Source: Bacteroidota bacterium (GTDB lineage Bacteria > Bacteroidota > Bacteroidia > Chitinophagales > Chitinophagaceae). From it: a DNA stretch of 64,000 nt. The notes beneath the pieces are model-generated. The model was not told the DNA's origin. It made no database searches and worked only from the letters and a program-made list of their open reading frames with translations. Positions 40,201-49,690 of the stretch are shown here, piece after piece. The DNA is taken from the NCBI GenBank assembly GCA_023417815.1, contig JAEZEI010000006.1:7352-71351 (forward strand). Direction: 5' to 3'. Each line of letters opens with the position of its first letter. Positions within the stretch are counted from its first letter, which is position 1. A program made the translations under genes and the position numbers.

Positions 40201-41711
40201 AATGTTCTTGAACCGGTTGCTTTAGGCACACGGGATTTGAACAGCGGAGCTGTATTTCCTGCCCCGGCAGTCAGACCAACGTTCCAGCCCTGGCCGGGAA
40301 GACCAAGATCCCATTGTTCCCAGCTATATGAAAGTGCATCACCATTAGCATCGGTTGCTGAACCTGTCAGGGTGAAAGGTGTGCTCGGAGGGATGCTAAG
40401 GTTATTGTTCGGCAGGGGATCGATCACCGGGAGTGTATTTCCTGTTGGGGATGTTACGCCGCAGGTTGCACCGTTTCCTACCATTACGAAGTTGCTGATC
40501 TCATCAAAGCTGATACCATGGAAGTGAGGATCACTGTTAGGCTGGATATTCTGAGCTCCGCAGATACCTGCGTACGCCTGGATGGTAGTTCCGCTTCCTG
40601 GTTCGTACTTGGTGCTGTTTGGAGAAGATCCGCAACCATTCATTGTGTGGTTACCGCCATATTGATGTCCCATTTCATGTGCTACATAGTCGATATCATA
40701 AGCGTCGCCGGTTGGAAAGGGGCTGCCAGTAATACCACGCGCCTTGCTCGATCCGCAAGGTGAGTTAAGCTGCGCAAGTCCACCCCCACCGGTACTGAAT
40801 GTATGACCGATATCGTAGTTGGCAGGACCGATATTAGCATCGATCACTACCTGGCTTTCATTGATAAGAACGTTCGCGTTATTATTACCGTTAAATGGAT
40901 CTGTAGCCGCATTCAGGTATTCGATCACGTTATTATTAGCGATCAAAACCATACTTACAGCAACTTCCTTCTCGTATACACCTACTACCCTGTTCACAGT
41001 GGTAACAATTGCTGCATGCAGCAAGGCAGGATCCGAACCCGCAGCAACTCCTGGTGCCTGAGCGTATTCACCTGTACAGGCAACTGCCAGGCGATAAGTA
41101 CGCATTTCAGTACCACGGCAGCTTGCAGCGGTGAAATTTGAAGGAGGATTTCCGGGTGTTGATGGAGCGTCGATTACATCGCAGGTCCAGTTCACAGACT
41201 TATGCAGGTCTGTCCGGAAATAGCTGATATAATTCTGGTCATTACCGATCGCATATGGATCTATGTAATAAGTACCGTTGATAGTAAGTACCTGGGCATG
41301 GAAACCACGGGGAGTTATATCAAAACGGATGGTTGCATAAGGATCATCAATCCCCTGGCCCGAGAAAGTGCGGATCTCAGGAAAACGCTGCTGCAATGCA
41401 GGCTCCTGGATACTTGCTTCCCAAACGCGGAAAGTGGCAGTAGTGCCATCCGGTCTTGGAAGGGAAATGATTGGGGCATTGCTCCTGTTTGCAAGATTTT
41501 TTCCATCAGGCAGTGCCATAAGGAAATTCTTCATTGCAGGAACATCCATTGAAACGGACCTGTAACTCTGAGGCACAATAACCCTGCTACCCGGGGCAGC
41601 ATTGAAATTCCTTTCACTTACATCAGTGAAGAAGTTGTTTTGTGCTTGGAGAGAAATACAGGAACCAATGACGAAAGCGATCGCCAGTAAGATCGAGTAA
41701 AATTTTCTCAT
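37209..41711 (-). CDS. T9SS-secreted reprolysin-like (M12B) zinc metalloprotease with six Ig-like repeats
   Basis: Signal peptide; RTYRLAVACTGEY, HEMGHQYGGNH, EPGSGTTI; six (I/V)xxQP...YQW(Q/E)VS repeats; CTD VYPNP...GVY.L. Confidence 0.92.
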   Translation of the reverse strand: MRKFYSILLAIAFVIGSCISLQAQNNFFTDVSERNFNAAPGSRVIVPQSYRSVSMDVPAMKNFLMALPDGKNLANRSNAPIISLPRPDGTTATFRVWEASIQEPALQQRFPEIRTFSGQGIDDPYATIRFDITPRGFHAQVLTINGTYYIDPYAIGNDQNYISYFRTDLHKSVNWTCDVIDAPSTPGNPPSNFTAASCRGTEMRTYRLAVACTGEYAQAPGVAAGSDPALLHAAIVTTVNRVVGVYEKEVAVSMVLIANNNVIEYLNAATDPFNGNNNANVLINESQVVIDANIGPANYDIGHTFSTGGGGLAQLNSPCGSSKARGITGSPFPTGDAYDIDYVAHEMGHQYGGNHTMNGCGSSPNSTKYEPGSGTTIQAYAGICGAQNIQPNSDPHFHGISFDEISNFVMVGNGATCGVTSPTGNTLPVIDPLPNNNLSIPPSTPFTLTGSATDANGDALSYSWEQWDLGLPGQGWNVGLTAGAGNTAPLFKSRVPKATGSRTFPDIAVILAGYPANPAATMGGLKGEILSPVERPMKFRLTVRDNRAGGGGVVSSGGGGCQSSTALTVNVVGSTPFTVTVPNGGESYPGSSTQTVTWNVAGTNTAPVSVANVRILLSTDGGLTYPTVVLASTPNDGSESVTIPNIATTQARIKVEALDNIFFDISNANWTITAATSGFNFSATTPASVACGGPATASVTLGTTVTGGFSTPINLTAAGNPAGTTVTFGTNPLTPGNSTSVTLNNVNTLAPGSYNVTVTGVAGAITQNATVTFTVTPGTPPSITTQPAAQTLCAGGNASFSVVASGTVTYQWQVSTNGGTTYTNVAGATSPTLNLNSVTAGMNGNLYQVIVSATCGSATSSAALLTVNSGPAITAQPQNATACTGSNATFSVTATGGGLTYQWEVSTNGGTTWTPIGGATSSSYTANAVTTGMNGNQYHVIITGACPSPVTSNAATLTVGDAAAITTQPVASTVCVGANTSFTVVTTGTVTYQWQVSTDGGTTFNNVAGATSATLNLNAVTASMSGNIYQVLVFNCSSTSITSTAVALTVNTPISVTTQPVASTVCAGANASFAVTAAGTGVTYQWQVSTDGGTTFTNIAGATSATLNLAGVTASMSGNQYHVVMNGPCNPGGVTSSNVALTVNVPVTISAQPQNTEVCLPNPASFSVTAAGTGITYQWQVSTDGGASWSNIAGATSATLTLPAVTLAMNNNRYRVILNGACTSNLASNAATLIVNNPVAITAQPQDVAACSGDDATFTVEATGGIITYQWQVSMNGGAFVNIPGATSSSYTVSNVNTSMNGNEYQVIVSGVPCGVLTSSVATLSVNLAPGVVLAAAEYTSINPGVPTSLYTTVSPVGTYSYEWFHNGDLVPGATASSLPVTVDELGNYTVLVTDVNTGCSRMSNLVNVSDSASANVFVYPNPNNGQFQVRYFSASTAPTAHTVTVFDSKGARVFVKRYTVSRVYDRMDVNMQNASAGVYMLEISDASGKRLATTRLIVN

Positions 41712-41836
41712 AATTATATTAGTTAAACGGCCCTAAATTACTATTTACATTCCGAAAAAAAGGCCAGAGGCATTAAGTTTTTTGTCAATAGGCCGAGATT
41801 GGAGCGAAAACTGCAAATAGGCTATAAAAATACCGG

Positions 41837-42850
41837 ATGGAGGCCAGGCCATTAATAGAGTTCACCGATTGCGGTTTATATTGCCGCGAGGGTAATTTTT
41901 ATATCGACCCATGGAAACCTGTCGACAGGGCCATTATCACCCATGCGCATAGCGACCATGCCCGCTGGGGCAATAAATTTTATCTCTGTCACAGGGATAG
42001 CCTGCCTCTCCTACGGCTTCGCCTGGGAGAAAATCATTACCAGGCCACAGAATATGGCGAAGAAATACGTATTAATAATATAAAGGTGTCCTTTCACCCT
42101 GCCGGGCATATTATCGGCTCGGCCCAGGTAAGGATTGAGAAAAACGGGCATGTTTGGGTGATCAGCGGAGATTATAAAACGGAACCAGACGGTATTTCCC
42201 CTGCCTTTGAAGCTGTTAAATGCAATGCTTTCGTTACTGAATCCACCTTCGGCTTGCCGATCTACAACTGGGAACCGCAGGAGCAGATATTCCGGAAGAT
42301 CAGGGATTGGGCCCTTTCCAATAACCAGGCTGGGCTTACATCAGTGCTTATAGCTTACAGTCTTGGCAAGGCACAAAGAATATTAAAACCCCTCGCAGAA
42401 ACAGGTATTCCCATTTTCGCGCATGGCGCTGTTTATAACGTACACCAGGCATTGGTGAATGATGGCTGGGAACTTCCTGCCATTGAAAGGGTAACCCCGG
42501 AAACCCCGAAGGAAAAACTTAAGGGATGCATCGTTATCGCCCCCTCAGGAGCGGAAGGTTCTCCCTGGATCAAACGATTTCAACCTTACGCCGTTGGCAT
42601 TTGCAGTGGCTGGATGCAGGTTCGGGGAAATGTAAGAAGGAAGAATGCTGATGCTGGATTTATACTTAGTGATCATGCAGACTGGAATGGATTATTGTCT
42701 GCAGTAAAAGAAACCGGGGCAACTAAAGTATTTGCCACACATGGTTTCCAGGCTGCATTCAGCAGGTATCTTAATGAGAACGGAATAGAAGCAGCCGAGG
42801 TAAAGACAGCTTTTACCGGGGAGACCGACGAAAAAACAGAAGAGATATGA
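41837..42850 (+). CDS. Ligase-associated DNA damage response exonuclease (metallo-beta-lactamase fold)
   Basis: THAHSDH, AGHIIGSA, SGDYK, ESTFGLP, YSLGKAQR, SGWM, SDHADW. Confidence 0.93.
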   Translation: MEARPLIEFTDCGLYCREGNFYIDPWKPVDRAIITHAHSDHARWGNKFYLCHRDSLPLLRLRLGENHYQATEYGEEIRINNIKVSFHPAGHIIGSAQVRIEKNGHVWVISGDYKTEPDGISPAFEAVKCNAFVTESTFGLPIYNWEPQEQIFRKIRDWALSNNQAGLTSVLIAYSLGKAQRILKPLAETGIPIFAHGAVYNVHQALVNDGWELPAIERVTPETPKEKLKGCIVIAPSGAEGSPWIKRFQPYAVGICSGWMQVRGNVRRKNADAGFILSDHADWNGLLSAVKETGATKVFATHGFQAAFSRYLNENGIEAAEVKTAFTGETDEKTEEI

Positions 42851-44493
42851 AACAGTTCGCCAACCTGGTACATATTCTCGGTACGAGTACAAAAACCACG
42901 GATAAGCTAAATGCACTTAAAGAATATTTCCTCACGGCAGGGGAAAGAGATAAAGTGTGGGTGATAGCGCTTTTCTCGGGCAGGAGACCGCGACGTGCAG
43001 TGAGTGGTGCCCTGCTATCCCAATGGTGTGTTGAAGAAACGGGGATACCCGGATGGCTTTTCGGAGAATCTTATCACACCGTTGGCGACCTCGCAGAAAC
43101 AATTTCCCTTTTGCTTTCACCGGTATATCCTTACCAGGAATCGACAGAAAGCTTAAGCTTTTATATTGAAAGATTCAGGGAACTTGAAAAAGCTGATGAT
43201 ACAGCGAAGCGTGATTTCGTTGTGAATTCATGGAAAAGTATGAGCCCTCGGCAAGTGTTCGTCTTCAATAAACTCATCACCGGAAGCTTCCGCATCGGGG
43301 TCTCACAAAAGACCATAGTTAATGCGATCGCCGCCACCACCGAGTTGTCTGCCTCAGAGATCGCTCACCGGATAAGTGGAAAATGGGATCCTTCAACCAT
43401 TAGCTATAATGAATTACTGAGCAAGGAAGGATTGAGCGCTGATCATAGCAAGCCCTACCCTTTCTACCTTGCTTACGCTGTGGAAGAGAATGTTGACGTA
43501 TTGGGTGATCCATCCGAATGGCAGGCCGAATGGAAATGGGATGGAATTCGCGGACAATTAATAAAAAGAAACAATGAGTTGTTTACCTGGAGCCGCGGAG
43601 AGGAACTGATCTCGGAAAAATTCCCGGAATACATGGTCCTTGCAGATAAACTGCCGGATGGTATAGCCCTCGATGGCGAAATAATTGGAATTATGGCAGA
43701 AGGAAATGCAGGTTTCAAACCGCTACCCTTCTCAATGCTTCAAACCCGTATCGGCAGAAAGAACATCACGAAAAAACATTTGCAGGAAGTGCCGGCAGGA
43801 TTCATCGCCTATGATCTTCTTGAATATGATCATGAAGATATCAGGGAATGGCCGCTGATTAAAAGAAGAGAATTGCTGAAGAAAGTGATAAATAACCTGG
43901 GAAGCAAGGTTATCCATGTTTCTCCTGAGATCGAATTTGAAAACTGGGACCACCTTGCGCAGATCCGCAGATTATCAAGGGAAAAAGGAAGTGAAGGTAT
44001 TATGATCAAGAAGAAGGACTCGGTATACAGGTCCGGGCGCAGAAGAGGAGACTGGTGGAAATGGAAGATAGATCCACTTACCATTGATGCAGTAATGATC
44101 TATGCGCAGAAAGGATCAGGAAGGCGGAGTAATTTATTCACTGACTATACATTCGCGGTTCGGGATGGAGATAATCTCGTGGCATTTACAAAGGCCTATA
44201 GCGGGCTCACCGATAAAGAATTTGCGCAGGTTGATGCATTTGTAAAAAGAAATTCCCTTGAAAAATTTGGCCCGGTAAGAACGGTAAAACCTGAACTGGT
44301 GTTTGAGATCGCTTTTGAAGGAATTGCGGCAAGCAACAGGCATAAATCAGGAGTGGCATTAAGATTCCCCAGGATGAGCAGGTGGAGAAAAGACAAACCG
44401 GTTTCAGAGATCAATACGCTGGAAGATCTGAAGGCAATTCTTGAAAATTACAACAATCAATACGATCCCACTAATGAAAAGAAACGGGAATGA
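42847..44493 (+). CDS. ATP-dependent DNA ligase
   Basis: Motif I EWKWDGIR, LDGE, YDLLE, EG.M.K, W.KWK, RFPR; ATGA overlap with the exonuclease. Confidence 0.96.
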   Translation: MKQFANLVHILGTSTKTTDKLNALKEYFLTAGERDKVWVIALFSGRRPRRAVSGALLSQWCVEETGIPGWLFGESYHTVGDLAETISLLLSPVYPYQESTESLSFYIERFRELEKADDTAKRDFVVNSWKSMSPRQVFVFNKLITGSFRIGVSQKTIVNAIAATTELSASEIAHRISGKWDPSTISYNELLSKEGLSADHSKPYPFYLAYAVEENVDVLGDPSEWQAEWKWDGIRGQLIKRNNELFTWSRGEELISEKFPEYMVLADKLPDGIALDGEIIGIMAEGNAGFKPLPFSMLQTRIGRKNITKKHLQEVPAGFIAYDLLEYDHEDIREWPLIKRRELLKKVINNLGSKVIHVSPEIEFENWDHLAQIRRLSREKGSEGIMIKKKDSVYRSGRRRGDWWKWKIDPLTIDAVMIYAQKGSGRRSNLFTDYTFAVRDGDNLVAFTKAYSGLTDKEFAQVDAFVKRNSLEKFGPVRTVKPELVFEIAFEGIAASNRHKSGVALRFPRMSRWRKDKPVSEINTLEDLKAILENYNNQYDPTNEKKRE

Positions 44494-44599
44494 AGGTACA
44501 ATAAGGGGCAACTGTTACAATATGTTTTAAATTATGATTGTGGGTAGAGGAATGAACCTAATTTCAATTTTTTTTTAAGGATAATCGCCGCACCGGACA

Positions 44600-47068
44600 A
44601 TGAAATCATCGGAGGGATACAGGCTCGTAAAGGAATGGCTGCAAAAGAAAGGAAAGGCACCTTTCAGATTCCAGGAGGAGACATGGAAGCAGATCGCTCT
44701 TGGTAATTCAGGGATCGTAAATGCTCCAACGGGTTATGGAAAAACATTCTCGGTCTTTCTTGGTGCATTAATCCAGTACATCGACAACAAGCCCCGGTTC
44801 AAAAAAGGATTACAACTTATCTGGATAACACCTTTAAGGGCGCTTGCTAAAGATATAGGAAGGGCAATGCAGGAAGTGCTGGCAGAACTTGAAATACCAT
44901 GGAACGTAGGCATAAGAAATGGTGATACTTCATCCGCTGAACGACAAAAACAGAAAAGATCGGTCCCTGAAATTCTGATAATCACTCCTGAAAGCCTGCA
45001 TCTTCTTCTTGCACAAAGAGATTATGCAGAACTTTTCAAAAACCTTAAGATCCTTGCTGTTGATGAATGGCATGAATTGATGGGATCAAAAAGAGGCGTG
45101 CAGGTTGAATTGGCAATCAGCAGGATCATTGGCCTGCAAAAGAATATAACCGGGCAACATGCAAGCATCTGGGGGATCTCGGCTACCATCGGAAATCTTG
45201 AAGAGGCCAGGGATGTATTGCTTTCCACCATTGTTTCCTCATCCTCTCATTTCCCTATCATAAAAGCTGAATTGCAACGGAAAACCGAGGTTCAATCGGT
45301 CTTTCCTGAAGAAATAGAGAAGTATCCATGGGCAGGCCACCTGGGGCTTAAGCTTGCCGATAAAGTTTTACCGGTGATCATGGACAACAGGACCACCCTC
45401 CTCTTTATAAATACAAGAGGAATGAGCGAACAATGGTACCAGCACCTGCTTGCCATCAGCCCCGACCTTGCCGGAGTAATAGCGCTGCATCATGGCAGTA
45501 TAGAACAGGAATTGAGGATATGGGTTGAAGAAGCCCTGCACCAGGGAATATTGAAGGTAGTTGTATGCACAGCAAGCCTGGACCTCGGTGTAGACTTCCG
45601 GCCTGTTGAATCTGTGATCCAGGTAGGCTCACCGAAAGGCGTAGCAAGGTTCTTACAACGTGCGGGAAGAAGCGGTCACCAGCCTGATAAGATCAGCCGG
45701 ATCTGGTTCGTACCAACCCATTCACTCGAACTTGTAGAGGCAGCAGCACTGAAAGATGCCATCGGGATATCGTTCATTGAAAGCAGGTATCCTTTACTGT
45801 TATGTTACGATGTTTTGCTCCAGTTCATGTCTACCCTTGCAGTGTCCGACGGCTTTGATGAAGCCTCGCTTTACCGCGAAGTGATCACTACGCATTGTTA
45901 CCGTGAACTCACCCGTGATGACTGGGAACAATTACTTGTCTTCATTACCCGCGGAGGTGTGGCGCTGGCTCAATATGACGATTTTAAAAAAGTTGAACTG
46001 GTAGATGGGCTTTACAGGATCACTTCAAGAAGAATTGCCATGCGGCACAGGATGCATATCGGCACCATCGTAAGTGATTCAATGATGAAGGTAAAGTTCA
46101 TAGCAGGAGGATATGTAGGTCATATCGAGGAATCTTTCATCTCGCGGCTCAACCCGGGCGATGTATTCACACTGGCAGGAAGAAACCTGGAATTCGTTCA
46201 GGCCAAGGAAATGACCGCCTATGTACGAAAATCGGATTCAAAGAAATCGATCATACCGAGCTGGGCAGGGGGAAGAATGCCACTCAGTGCAAACCTGGGA
46301 TTCATGCTGCGCAAGAAACTTGATGAGGCTGCCACCCTAAGGCCGGGCGATGATGCCCAGGAAGAGGTCAGGATATTGCAGCCTTTATTCCAGCTCCAGA
46401 AAAAACTATCCGCGGTGCCAAGGGCCGACCAATTACTGGTTGAGCACATTGAAACACGCGATGGATATCACCTTTTTGTATATCCATTTGAAGGAAGGCT
46501 TGTTCATGAAGCAATGGCAGCACTCCTTGCATTCAGGCTTAGTAGGATAATACCCATTACCTTTTCGTTCGCAATGAATGATTACGGCTTCGAATTGTTA
46601 AGCGATAAACCGATCCCGCTTGATGACAGTAATGTATATGAATTGTTCTCAGAAGAAGATCTTCTGGCAGACATACAACGTAGCATGAATGCAGCAGAAA
46701 TGGCGCGCAGGAAATTCAGGGATATCGCGGTAATTGGAGGTTTGATCTACCAGGGAAAACCAGGTGAACAGGTAAAGACCCGTCATCTGCAATCCTCTGC
46801 ATCCCTTATGTTCAATGTATTTTCCCAATATGAACCAGGAAATTTATTATTAAGGCAGGCACATAACGAGGTGATGCAGCAACAGATGGATGAAGAAAGA
46901 TTAAGGAATATGCTCCGGCGAATAAGTAAAAGCGAGATCATCATCACCTTTCCGAAGAAACTCACCCCGTTCTGCTTTCCTATTAAGGTAGACTCAATGA
47001 GAGAAAATCTCACATCTGAAAAATTAAGCGACAGGGTAAAACGAATGCAACAGCAATTAGAGGGATAA
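44600..47068 (+). CDS. Ligase-associated DEXH-box helicase (Lhr-core)
   Basis: APTGYGKT, TPLRAL, TPESL, DEWH, SAT, HHGS, QRAGRSGH, IGTI. Confidence 0.94.
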   Translation: MKSSEGYRLVKEWLQKKGKAPFRFQEETWKQIALGNSGIVNAPTGYGKTFSVFLGALIQYIDNKPRFKKGLQLIWITPLRALAKDIGRAMQEVLAELEIPWNVGIRNGDTSSAERQKQKRSVPEILIITPESLHLLLAQRDYAELFKNLKILAVDEWHELMGSKRGVQVELAISRIIGLQKNITGQHASIWGISATIGNLEEARDVLLSTIVSSSSHFPIIKAELQRKTEVQSVFPEEIEKYPWAGHLGLKLADKVLPVIMDNRTTLLFINTRGMSEQWYQHLLAISPDLAGVIALHHGSIEQELRIWVEEALHQGILKVVVCTASLDLGVDFRPVESVIQVGSPKGVARFLQRAGRSGHQPDKISRIWFVPTHSLELVEAAALKDAIGISFIESRYPLLLCYDVLLQFMSTLAVSDGFDEASLYREVITTHCYRELTRDDWEQLLVFITRGGVALAQYDDFKKVELVDGLYRITSRRIAMRHRMHIGTIVSDSMMKVKFIAGGYVGHIEESFISRLNPGDVFTLAGRNLEFVQAKEMTAYVRKSDSKKSIIPSWAGGRMPLSANLGFMLRKKLDEAATLRPGDDAQEEVRILQPLFQLQKKLSAVPRADQLLVEHIETRDGYHLFVYPFEGRLVHEAMAALLAFRLSRIIPITFSFAMNDYGFELLSDKPIPLDDSNVYELFSEEDLLADIQRSMNAAEMARRKFRDIAVIGGLIYQGKPGEQVKTRHLQSSASLMFNVFSQYEPGNLLLRQAHNEVMQQQMDEERLRNMLRRISKSEIIITFPKKLTPFCFPIKVDSMRENLTSEKLSDRVKRMQQQLEG

Positions 47069-47098
47069 AAAAAAGCTGCACAAGGCAGCCTTTTCTTT
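47067..47098. terminator. Imperfect bidirectional terminator
   Basis: A-tract, GCTGC-ACAAG-GCAGC, T-tract between convergent genes. Confidence 0.5.
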
Positions 47099-47111
47099 AA
47101 AGATTATCAGG

Positions 47112-47633
47112 TCAGTACACCAGGTGCTTTCGTTGCGAGGTGTAAAGAAGGATGAACAGGATGGCAATTGCAGCAGATATGTAGAACCCTGCTCCTGAGA
47201 ACGCAACTCCGCCGATGAAGAGCGCCATACTTAAGAATGGCATCAATTCTCCAATTACATAGATAAGGTAACCCTGCTTTTTAAGTTTACGCATTTGCAA
47301 TGCGCCCCAAAAGCAAAGAGTGATGCTGATGACACCGATCAGCAGGATCGGGATCCTGTTCTCATAGCTTGCAGTGATAAGGGCATCAAATTGCGCAGGA
47401 TCACCCATCATTTTCTTTGCAAATTCAGGCATTTCACCGGAATTCATCTGTTCAATGAGTTTGTCTTTATTACGGTATGTTTCCTCAGCGGTAATAAAAG
47501 ACCAGATACTTGAAAGAAGCTGGATGGCACAGCCAATGAATGTCAGGATGGTTAAAACATTCAGCGTGGTCGTAAGCCGTGGCCGTTCAAGATCATTCAG
47601 TTCTAATGAGTCGCGCGACATAGTTTCTGCCAT
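47112..47633 (-). CDS. Hypothetical membrane protein (4 TM)
   Basis: L.VLTILTFIG and GALQMRKLKK.GY..Y segments; antisense to the repair locus. Confidence 0.75.
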   Translation of the reverse strand: MAETMSRDSLELNDLERPRLTTTLNVLTILTFIGCAIQLLSSIWSFITAEETYRNKDKLIEQMNSGEMPEFAKKMMGDPAQFDALITASYENRIPILLIGVISITLCFWGALQMRKLKKQGYLIYVIGELMPFLSMALFIGGVAFSGAGFYISAAIAILFILLYTSQRKHLVY

Positions 47634-47717
47634 AATAGTTAAGTTTTGCCCAAAATAAGTATAACACGCTTCATATCAAAATAGGAACAACACCACATTA
47701 TATCTTTGCGCGCATTA

Positions 47718-48365
47718 ATGGAATATATTGTTCATAACATTCAGGATAATTCCTTTCTCCTGACCAACGAAAGAAGTATTTTTTGGGAGCAGGAGAAAAT
47801 ACTGATCGTATCCGATCTACATCTTGGGAAGAGCGGGCATTTCAGGAAACATGGGATCGCGGTGCCACAGGCAGTTTTTATCGAAGACCTTCAGCGGCTT
47901 TTTCATCAACTGCAGTTTTTCAAACCATCCCTTCTTCTTATCGTTGGCGACCTGTTTCATAGCAAGGCGAATAAAGAACATGATATGTTCCTCAAATGGA
48001 GGAATGATGTTACCGCTTATCGTTTCGGCCTGGTGAAAGGAAACCATGATATCCTTGGAAACAAGTGGTATGAAGATGCAGGGATTGAAGTGTTTGAAGA
48101 ATCATATACCACCGGCGGTTTCAGCTTTGTTCATGATATTGAAGATTGTAAAGTGGAAGGGTACTGCTTTTCGGGACATATTCATCCACGTATATCCCTT
48201 ACTGGTAGTGGCAGGCAATCGGTACAGGTTCCCTGTTATTATTTTGGAAAAGAATATGCGGTTCTTCCGGCTTTTGGAAAATTTACCGGTACCTATCCCA
48301 TAAAGCCAGTCGTGGGCGATAAAGTTTATGCGCTTGCAGATGAAATGGTGATTAGGGTTTACTGA
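47718..48365 (+). CDS. pdeM: Ligase-associated metallophosphoesterase/endonuclease
   Basis: SDLHLGK, GDLFH, GNHD, GHIHP, LPAFG.FTG; TATCTTTG at 47701-47708; start uncertain. Confidence 0.9.
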   Translation: MEYIVHNIQDNSFLLTNERSIFWEQEKILIVSDLHLGKSGHFRKHGIAVPQAVFIEDLQRLFHQLQFFKPSLLLIVGDLFHSKANKEHDMFLKWRNDVTAYRFGLVKGNHDILGNKWYEDAGIEVFEESYTTGGFSFVHDIEDCKVEGYCFSGHIHPRISLTGSGRQSVQVPCYYFGKEYAVLPAFGKFTGTYPIKPVVGDKVYALADEMVIRVY

Positions 48366-49573
48366 CCGCGTCGTTTCAATTCCCTGCTGATCAAACCAAG
48401 TTCCCGGCCGGTTTGCCCTGCCACTGAAGTATTTTCCTGTGCACGACGCATCAGGTACGGAACCACATCTTTAATGGGTCCAAAAGGAAGATATTTACTA
48501 ACGCTGCATCCATGCCTTGCCAGGTTGAATGTTATATTATCACTCATTCCATAAAGCTGTGAAAAATGAACCCTTTCATGATCAGCTTTTAATCCTGAAC
48601 CCTGGAGAAGTTCTACCCCCAACAAATTACTCTTCTCATTGTGGGAAGCAATGATCACAGCGATCTTATCAAGGTGTTCAAAACAGAATTTTACTGCATC
48701 ATTATAATCTCTGTCTGTGGAGGTTTTATCTGGTTGAATTGGTGATGGATAGTTCATAGTAAGGGCACGCTCCCTTTCCTTTTCCATATAGGCTCCTCTA
48801 ACCAGCTTGGCAGCAAGAATATAATTGCCTTCCTCTGCATATTCCAGGCTTTCCTTTAAAAATGCGAGCCTGTCGTGACGGTATAATTGTATGGTATTAT
48901 ATACGCAGCCCTTTTCACGATTGAACTGCGCCATCATATTCATTGTAACCGCATCTACCGGTTCCTGTATCCAGCTTTCCTCGGCATCAACCATCACTCC
49001 AACATTTCCCTCAAATGCTGCCTTACAGATCTGGTACATCCTGTGCTTAGCTTTTTCCCATTCAGCTCTCTCCTGGTCGTTTAGCTTACTTTCTGCGTAT
49101 TCAAGCCGTTGGCTAAGACCGGCATTATGTTCATGCATCAATTTGTCGAGCTGCTCTAATAAGCCAAAGCGAACAAGGCCTGTGAGTTTGATGCTCATGA
49201 AAGGAATATTAGGCTGGCCGGAAGCATATTGAATTACCCTGGTGAATTCAGCGCATGCCTCATCGAAAGCCCTTTCACCTGTACCTCCTTCAACACCATA
49301 ATCGAGGATAACCTTAACCCCGTATTTTTCAAGCCTGTTCACCACCGGGGCAGTGTTTTCCATGGTTTCACCCCCGACAAATTGCTGAAAGATCGTGTTC
49401 CTGATGATCGAATCCGTGAAAGGTATCTTATTGCGGATCGCGAAGGGCGCCAGCTTTAGCCCCATGTTCACCAGCCATTGTTTTCCCATAAGTGAGAACA
49501 GGAACCTTGCCTGTTTTAATTCCTTATCCGATTTATAGGCAAATGCATATTCTGTATTATCGAACGATACCAT
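48359..49573 (-). CDS. Proline dehydrogenase (monofunctional)
   Basis: QFVGGE, DAEESWIQ, KLVRGAYM, ASHN, QLYGM, YL.RRAQEN. Confidence 0.94.
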   Translation of the reverse strand: MVSFDNTEYAFAYKSDKELKQARFLFSLMGKQWLVNMGLKLAPFAIRNKIPFTDSIIRNTIFQQFVGGETMENTAPVVNRLEKYGVKVILDYGVEGGTGERAFDEACAEFTRVIQYASGQPNIPFMSIKLTGLVRFGLLEQLDKLMHEHNAGLSQRLEYAESKLNDQERAEWEKAKHRMYQICKAAFEGNVGVMVDAEESWIQEPVDAVTMNMMAQFNREKGCVYNTIQLYRHDRLAFLKESLEYAEEGNYILAAKLVRGAYMEKERERALTMNYPSPIQPDKTSTDRDYNDAVKFCFEHLDKIAVIIASHNEKSNLLGVELLQGSGLKADHERVHFSQLYGMSDNITFNLARHGCSVSKYLPFGPIKDVVPYLMRRAQENTSVAGQTGRELGLISRELKRRGQ

Positions 49574-49690
49574 ATAAGATATTGAGTGGCGAAATTACAG
49601 TATTGAGTTTTATCCCGATTGTGACTGCTGTCATATTTATTGTTATGCTTTAGAAGCATTCTCACACGCTTATCTTTGCAAAAAAATTAC

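Noticed and set aside
41837..48365. Nuclease-helicase cluster as a novel anti-phage system
   Set aside because: Gene content and motifs match the known ligase-associated DNA repair cluster; no defence-island context.
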